Virus record (IMG/VR): IMGVR_UViG_2517287023_000001
Source: an uncultured virus (IMG/VR IMGVR_UViG_2517287023_000001)
Lineage: Duplodnaviria; Heunggongvirae; Uroviricota; Caudoviricetes
Direction: 5' to 3' (one strand)
DNA length: 64,000 nucleotides
The notes below the pieces were generated by a model. That model had not been told where the DNA came from, made no database searches, and saw only the letters and a list, made by a program, of their open reading frames with translations. The translations under genes and the position numbers were made by a program. This document shows, one piece after another, positions 59,750-64,000 of the stretch; within the stretch, counting starts at the first letter, position 1, and every line of letters begins with the position of its first letter.

Positions 59750-60360
59750 CCGCAGCAACCGAATGCATCCAAAGAGGAAGTCTCGGGCGGGGAGTGTCCG
59801 CGCGACTACTCTTAGCGTATGGTCACGCGGTAGATCGCATCGGACTTCATCGTTGGGCAATCCGGGGGATGGTTGGTGTGTTCTACGGTTGGGTATTGTC
59901 TTCGCGAGCGGCCTTAACCTACCCTCACCGGCCGCGCGTCGTTACTGGCCGGCATCGTCGGCGTTTTACGCACACAACAGGTCTAGCTTGTGCCCGCAGG
60001 GTCTTACCCTCTGTCGACGTAGTGGTTCGCCCCATCCACGGTGTGTCGTTGGCGCTTCCCCCCGTGGCGCTACGGCGGCCGAGGTGTTAGGGCTGTTCCC
60101 CGTCGGCAGACCGGAGGACGGGGGCCGGGCCGCCTCAGGCGACACGGCCCCCGTCGGGCCCTCTCCCACGCGACCGCGCGACTGGTCCCGCGTGGGGTGG
60201 AGGGAACGGCGACGGTGCGAGAGTGCCTGGAGGGCGTGGCAAGCCCCGCGCAGCCCTCAACAGCTCTCGCGCCGTCGCCGCCCGGTTGCCCTCAGTGTGA
60301 AGTCATTCGGTGTGCGCGATGTGGTGAGTCGGGTCCGCCCCGCAAGTGGTTTCCGGGGTG
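59750..60360. ncRNA. Candidate large structured ncRNA (~600 nt; minus strand slightly favoured)
   Basis: No convincing ORF; many nested hairpins; end-to-end pairing 59758-59765 / 60304-60311. Confidence 0.5.
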
Positions 60361-60734
60361 GGGCGTAGGGATCAATAAATCTACGAACGCAAGTTTACAA
60401 GTCGGGTGCCAGACGTTACCCCGGGCCGCCCCCCGGATGCCACCGGTAAGGGTCCGGTAAGGAGTGCGCTCTACGGCCGAACCCGCGTGAGCGAATCGTT
60501 GTATACCTCTGCGCAAGAGCGCACCTTATGTGGGTTTTTGGGCCTAGCCGGATGGTCGGTCAACGAGGTTCGGGTGAGCGGGCCCCATCGCTAAGGGTGA
60601 CCCTCCCCAAAACCAGCCCACCAGAAACGCCTAAATATCCCTTGAATCTTTCTATCTGGCTCGGTAATGTGGGTCCTGTTGCAGCGAGGGGAGCTGACCC
60701 CCCCGCCCTAACCCCCAAGGAGGGCGAGCAGGCC

Positions 60735-61472
60735 ATGAAGTTGAGTCGCGAAGACTACCTGCGCAAGGTCCGCGCTCTTTTAGCCCAGGCACAGGACCCG
60801 GCGACCCCGCCGGAAGCGGCGGAAAACATGACCACGAAGGCAATGGAACTGATGGCACGACACGGCATCGAAGTGGCTCTGGCCGCAGATGCCGGGGGGT
60901 CGGAAGCAGACCCCATCATCGACCACAAGATGCCGCTAAAGGGCCAGTACCTGACGGACATGATAGTGATTCTGGTGAGTGTCGCGGAACCGCTGGGAAT
61001 CAAGCACGTCCAGATCCGAGGCCGAGTGCGGACCGAATGCGTAATGCACCTGTTCGGACCGGCCAGCAGCATCGAACGGGCTGACATGCTCTTCACCTCC
61101 CTCATGGTCCAGTGTGTAGGGGCGATGGCAGGAAGCCAGCCCGAGGGCTTGAAAGGGCCCGACTTGAGAAAGTGGAAAAGCGACTTCATCTTCTACTTCG
61201 CGGCGGCCGTGTATGGGCGGCTGGAGGCGATCGAGAAGCAGGCAACTGACTCGGTTGCGGGCACCGGAACGGATCTTGTTCCGGTGCTAAGTCGACGTTC
61301 CGCCGCAGTGGACGAGCGGGTGAAGGCGATGTACCCGCGATTGAAGCGCTCCCGCACTTTGGTGCGTGGGCGCTCCGCCCACGGCAAGGAGGCGGGCCGA
61401 AGGGCCGGGCAGCGCGCGGACATTGGCCAGCGCACAACCTCGGACGGGAGTCGCAACGCGCTCGGTCACTAG
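60735..61472 (+). CDS. DUF2786 domain protein
   Basis: KVRALLAQA......EA....KA.ELMARHGI. Confidence 0.85.
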   Translation: MKLSREDYLRKVRALLAQAQDPATPPEAAENMTTKAMELMARHGIEVALAADAGGSEADPIIDHKMPLKGQYLTDMIVILVSVAEPLGIKHVQIRGRVRTECVMHLFGPASSIERADMLFTSLMVQCVGAMAGSQPEGLKGPDLRKWKSDFIFYFAAAVYGRLEAIEKQATDSVAGTGTDLVPVLSRRSAAVDERVKAMYPRLKRSRTLVRGRSAHGKEAGRRAGQRADIGQRTTSDGSRNALGH

Positions 61473-61623
61473 CACAGTGCCCCCGGGGCGGTAGCCGCCC
61501 CGGGGGGCACTGTGAGGCGACACCAGCAATATCGGAAACTGTCAGTAGCGGTACGGCCACCATCCGGGCGGGAGCTGGAACCCACCGGACACGGGCCCCA
61601 CCACTTGCCGAGAGGACCCGAAG

Positions 61624-61827
61624 ATGAAATTCGTTGTCACCACCGTAGCCAGTAACAGCAGCGGCCCCATCGACCAGGTAACCAGGATCGTCGGGGGAAC
61701 CCAGCTTGCCGGGCGCTCCGACGCACAGCAGGCCGCAGTGCACGTGGCCATCCGGAAACACCGGGAAATCCTCAGCTCGCGGGGACCCGTGGAGATCGCG
61801 GTGAGCAAACTACGCCGCATCCTCTGA
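61624..61827 (+). CDS. Small hypothetical protein
   Basis: Hairpin + CCGAGAGGA RBS upstream. Confidence 0.6.
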   Translation: MKFVVTTVASNSSGPIDQVTRIVGGTQLAGRSDAQQAAVHVAIRKHREILSSRGPVEIAVSKLRRIL

Positions 61828-61881
61828 CCCCCCAGTCATCCGGTGCGCGGCGGGGGAAGCAGTCCCCGCCGCGCCCCACCG

Positions 61882-62706
61882 CTACGTGATGGGGTTGCGG
61901 TAGGCGGCGTCCCAGGTCTGCACGCCCAACAGCCCGTCCACGCGCAGACCCTGATCCTTCTGAAACGCCTTGATCAACTCCTGGTACTCCGGGCCATAGA
62001 TGCCGTCGCGGCCGGACCGGCGCAGATAACGCTGTCCCTTGCCTGCCGGCCAGCCTCGACGGACGAGCTGCCCGGCCCACTGGGCGAGCCACGTGCGGTC
62101 CGCCTTGCCCTTGAAGGTGCGCCGGTAGTAGCCCGACACCGACCGGTCACCGCCCGCCTTCGGGCCGAAGTAGTAGCCGCTGGGCAATGGGAACGGCACG
62201 GCCGGGCCCGGTGCCGGCCGAGACGGCGACGGCGACGGCGGGGGCCCGTCGACGGGCATTCCCGCGCGTAGCCACACGTGCAACTCGTCGCCGGGGCAGG
62301 CAGTCGCGGCGAGGTCGCGGTGCCCGGTGCGCGTCAGCGTGCGCCCGGTGCGCCGGCACGCCTCGTCATACAGCCATCGCACCGCGGCCAGGACTTTCGG
62401 TCCGGCGTCGCGGTCCCGGCCGATGAAACACACGCCGATTGACTCGGTGTTGTACCCGGAGGCGTGCGCGCCCAGAACGTCCCACCCGCGCCCCTCGAAG
62501 ATCTCACCATCGGCATTGACCAGAAAGTTGTATCCAACGTCGGCCCAGCCACGCGTGTGCATGTGGTACGCCTGAATGGCCTTGGGGGTTTGGTCCGGGC
62601 TCGCGGCAGAGTAGTGGACCACGAACCGGCGTCGGTCCGAAACGGCCACCTTTTGAACGCTGTGGGCTGGACGTGCGCCCCACTGAGAACGGCTGATGAT
62701 CTTCAT
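61882..62706 (-). CDS. Endolysin: N-acetylmuramoyl-L-alanine amidase (PGRP/Amidase_2) + peptidoglycan-binding domain
   Basis: VVHY, GWADVGYNF, EGRGW..GAH, GHRD..TACPG; FQ..QGL.VDG..G..TW. Confidence 0.93.
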   Translation of the reverse strand: MKIISRSQWGARPAHSVQKVAVSDRRRFVVHYSAASPDQTPKAIQAYHMHTRGWADVGYNFLVNADGEIFEGRGWDVLGAHASGYNTESIGVCFIGRDRDAGPKVLAAVRWLYDEACRRTGRTLTRTGHRDLAATACPGDELHVWLRAGMPVDGPPPSPSPSRPAPGPAVPFPLPSGYYFGPKAGGDRSVSGYYRRTFKGKADRTWLAQWAGQLVRRGWPAGKGQRYLRRSGRDGIYGPEYQELIKAFQKDQGLRVDGLLGVQTWDAAYRNPIT

Positions 62707-62796
62707 GCGTGCTCCTTCTGTGTCGGGTGCAGACGGAAATCAGGCCGCTCACCCCAGCAATGTCGGGTGGCGGCCTTGACGTTGGTGTCAAGGACG

Positions 62797-64000
62797 TTAG
62801 AGGGGATAGCCCCAGATAGCCTCGAGCGGCGGAGCGGCCGTAAACGGTGTGCTCATGGACACGCGGACCTGGCCGTCGGACGCCGAGATACCGGAGTACG
62901 AGATGGTGATCGACGCGCCGCTGTCGTGGATGTCCAACCAGCCGAACGCCATCAGGTTGGTGTTCGGCGTACCCGCCCAGTAGCCGTGACTCCACAGCTC
63001 GAATTGCTGCGTAGAGCCCTGGTCTAAGGGGGCGCCTCCGGCCTGCGGCAGGTAACAACCGGGTGAGGAACCGTCGTCGGCGGCCAGGGCGTGCCGGTCA
63101 CCGAAGATCACGAACGCTTGCACCTGAGGACGGTCGGCGATCCATTGCCGGATCTCCTGGAATTCGGTGGCGTAGCTGCCCCACCGGTCGCCGCCTGCGG
63201 AGTCGTGCCGCCAGTAGATCCCCGACACGATGATCTTGACGGGTTCCGGTTGGAGGAGCTGGTCGTAGAGCCACCCCTTCTGCTCGGCCCCGAGAAGCGT
63301 CTTGCTGGCGCTCTCCGGATCGGTGCGGGGTGTGCGCTGCGAACGCGTGTCCAGCACGATGAACCGGATGCGTCCGATGACCATCGACTGATAGATGGCC
63401 GTGGACCCCGCCGTGGCAAGCGGGTAGTGGGGAACAACCTGCCGGTAGGCCGCCGCGTTCACCGGGCCGGCGGGAGAGGTGCTGTCGCTGTCGGTGCCGC
63501 CCCAATCGTGGTTGTCCCAGACGTAGAGCATGGGCACCGCGGCCGTCATGGTCTGCATGGTCGGTTGGGACATCGACGTGCGGTACTGCGCCAATGCCTC
63601 AGCGGTCGACCACCCCGCGCCAGGATCGCGGTAGTGCAGGTCCCCCTCATGCAAAATCCGCCGTGCGAGCCCGTAGGGTCCCTGCCGGGCGGCGATCTGC
63701 GCGAACGTGGCCGCGTTGGAGTTGGTCTGGTTGCAGCTACCGAACGCGACCGAAAAACTTGCGACGGTGCCGGGCGTCGGGTCGGTGGTGAACAGTCCCC
63801 GCCCGGTGTCCAGGAGCATCCCGTTGGCCTCGAGGCCGTACCAGTGCGTGGTGTCCGGGTCGAGCCCAGAAACGGTGATCTTGACGAACCCGTCTGCGTC
63901 CACGGCCGTGTCCGCTGAGTGCACGGGGGAGATGAGAGTGGGGCTCTGCGACACCGCCAGTCTCACCGACGAAACATTCTGCAACGCGTACGTGACGGTT
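62797..64000 (-). CDS. PhoD-like metallophosphatase-domain protein (5' end probably beyond window)
   Basis: FGSC, GDLHY.D, WDNHD, LDTR, LG..QK.WL and GDRH motifs. Confidence 0.8.
   Translation of the reverse strand, partial: TVTYALQNVSSVRLAVSQSPTLISPVHSADTAVDADGFVKITVSGLDPDTTHWYGLEANGMLLDTGRGLFTTDPTPGTVASFSVAFGSCNQTNSNAATFAQIAARQGPYGLARRILHEGDLHYRDPGAGWSTAEALAQYRTSMSQPTMQTMTAAVPMLYVWDNHDWGGTDSDSTSPAGPVNAAAYRQVVPHYPLATAGSTAIYQSMVIGRIRFIVLDTRSQRTPRTDPESASKTLLGAEQKGWLYDQLLQPEPVKIIVSGIYWRHDSAGGDRWGSYATEFQEIRQWIADRPQVQAFVIFGDRHALAADDGSSPGCYLPQAGGAPLDQGSTQQFELWSHGYWAGTPNTNLMAFGWLDIHDSGASITISYSGISASDGQVRVSMSTPFTAAPPLEAIWGYPL

Noticed and set aside
1..64000. tRNA, rRNA, reverse transcriptase/DGR or intact integrase
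   Set aside because: No recognisable cloverleaf, RT motif or complete recombinase found by eye; tRNAscan and HMM searches were not run

Overview
High-GC actinobacterial temperate phage or phage-plasmid; a Micromonosporaceae/Streptomyces-like host is inferred from DUF397/DUF5753/NsdA-type regulators. Minus-strand packaging and lysis genes are present: minor capsid, portal, TerL, two TerS-like genes, amidase endolysin, holin-like membrane genes and a PhoD-domain protein. They are interrupted by large accessory blocks. The window also has a ParA + RHH partition module, a Rep-like gene, a RecT-like + Cas4-like recombination pair and a scrambled tyrosine recombinase relic. The non-coding DNA is the most striking part. 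(1) Two stand-alone, cas-less CRISPR-like RNA units each have a promoter and terminator: a fused double type I-E-like mini-array with two 32-nt spacers (38475-38643), and a type I-G-like array with near-identical hairpin 'spacers' (43670-43847). These are candidate RNA anti-CRISPR or Cas-hijacking systems. (2) An expression cassette recurs about 19 times: a 33-bp palindromic operator over the -35 box, a covarying leader hairpin with an (A)GCTGGAA loop, and usually a CCGAGAGG RBS. (3) There is a candidate ~600-nt structured ncRNA at 59750-60360. All family assignments come from motifs recognised by eye; no searches were run.
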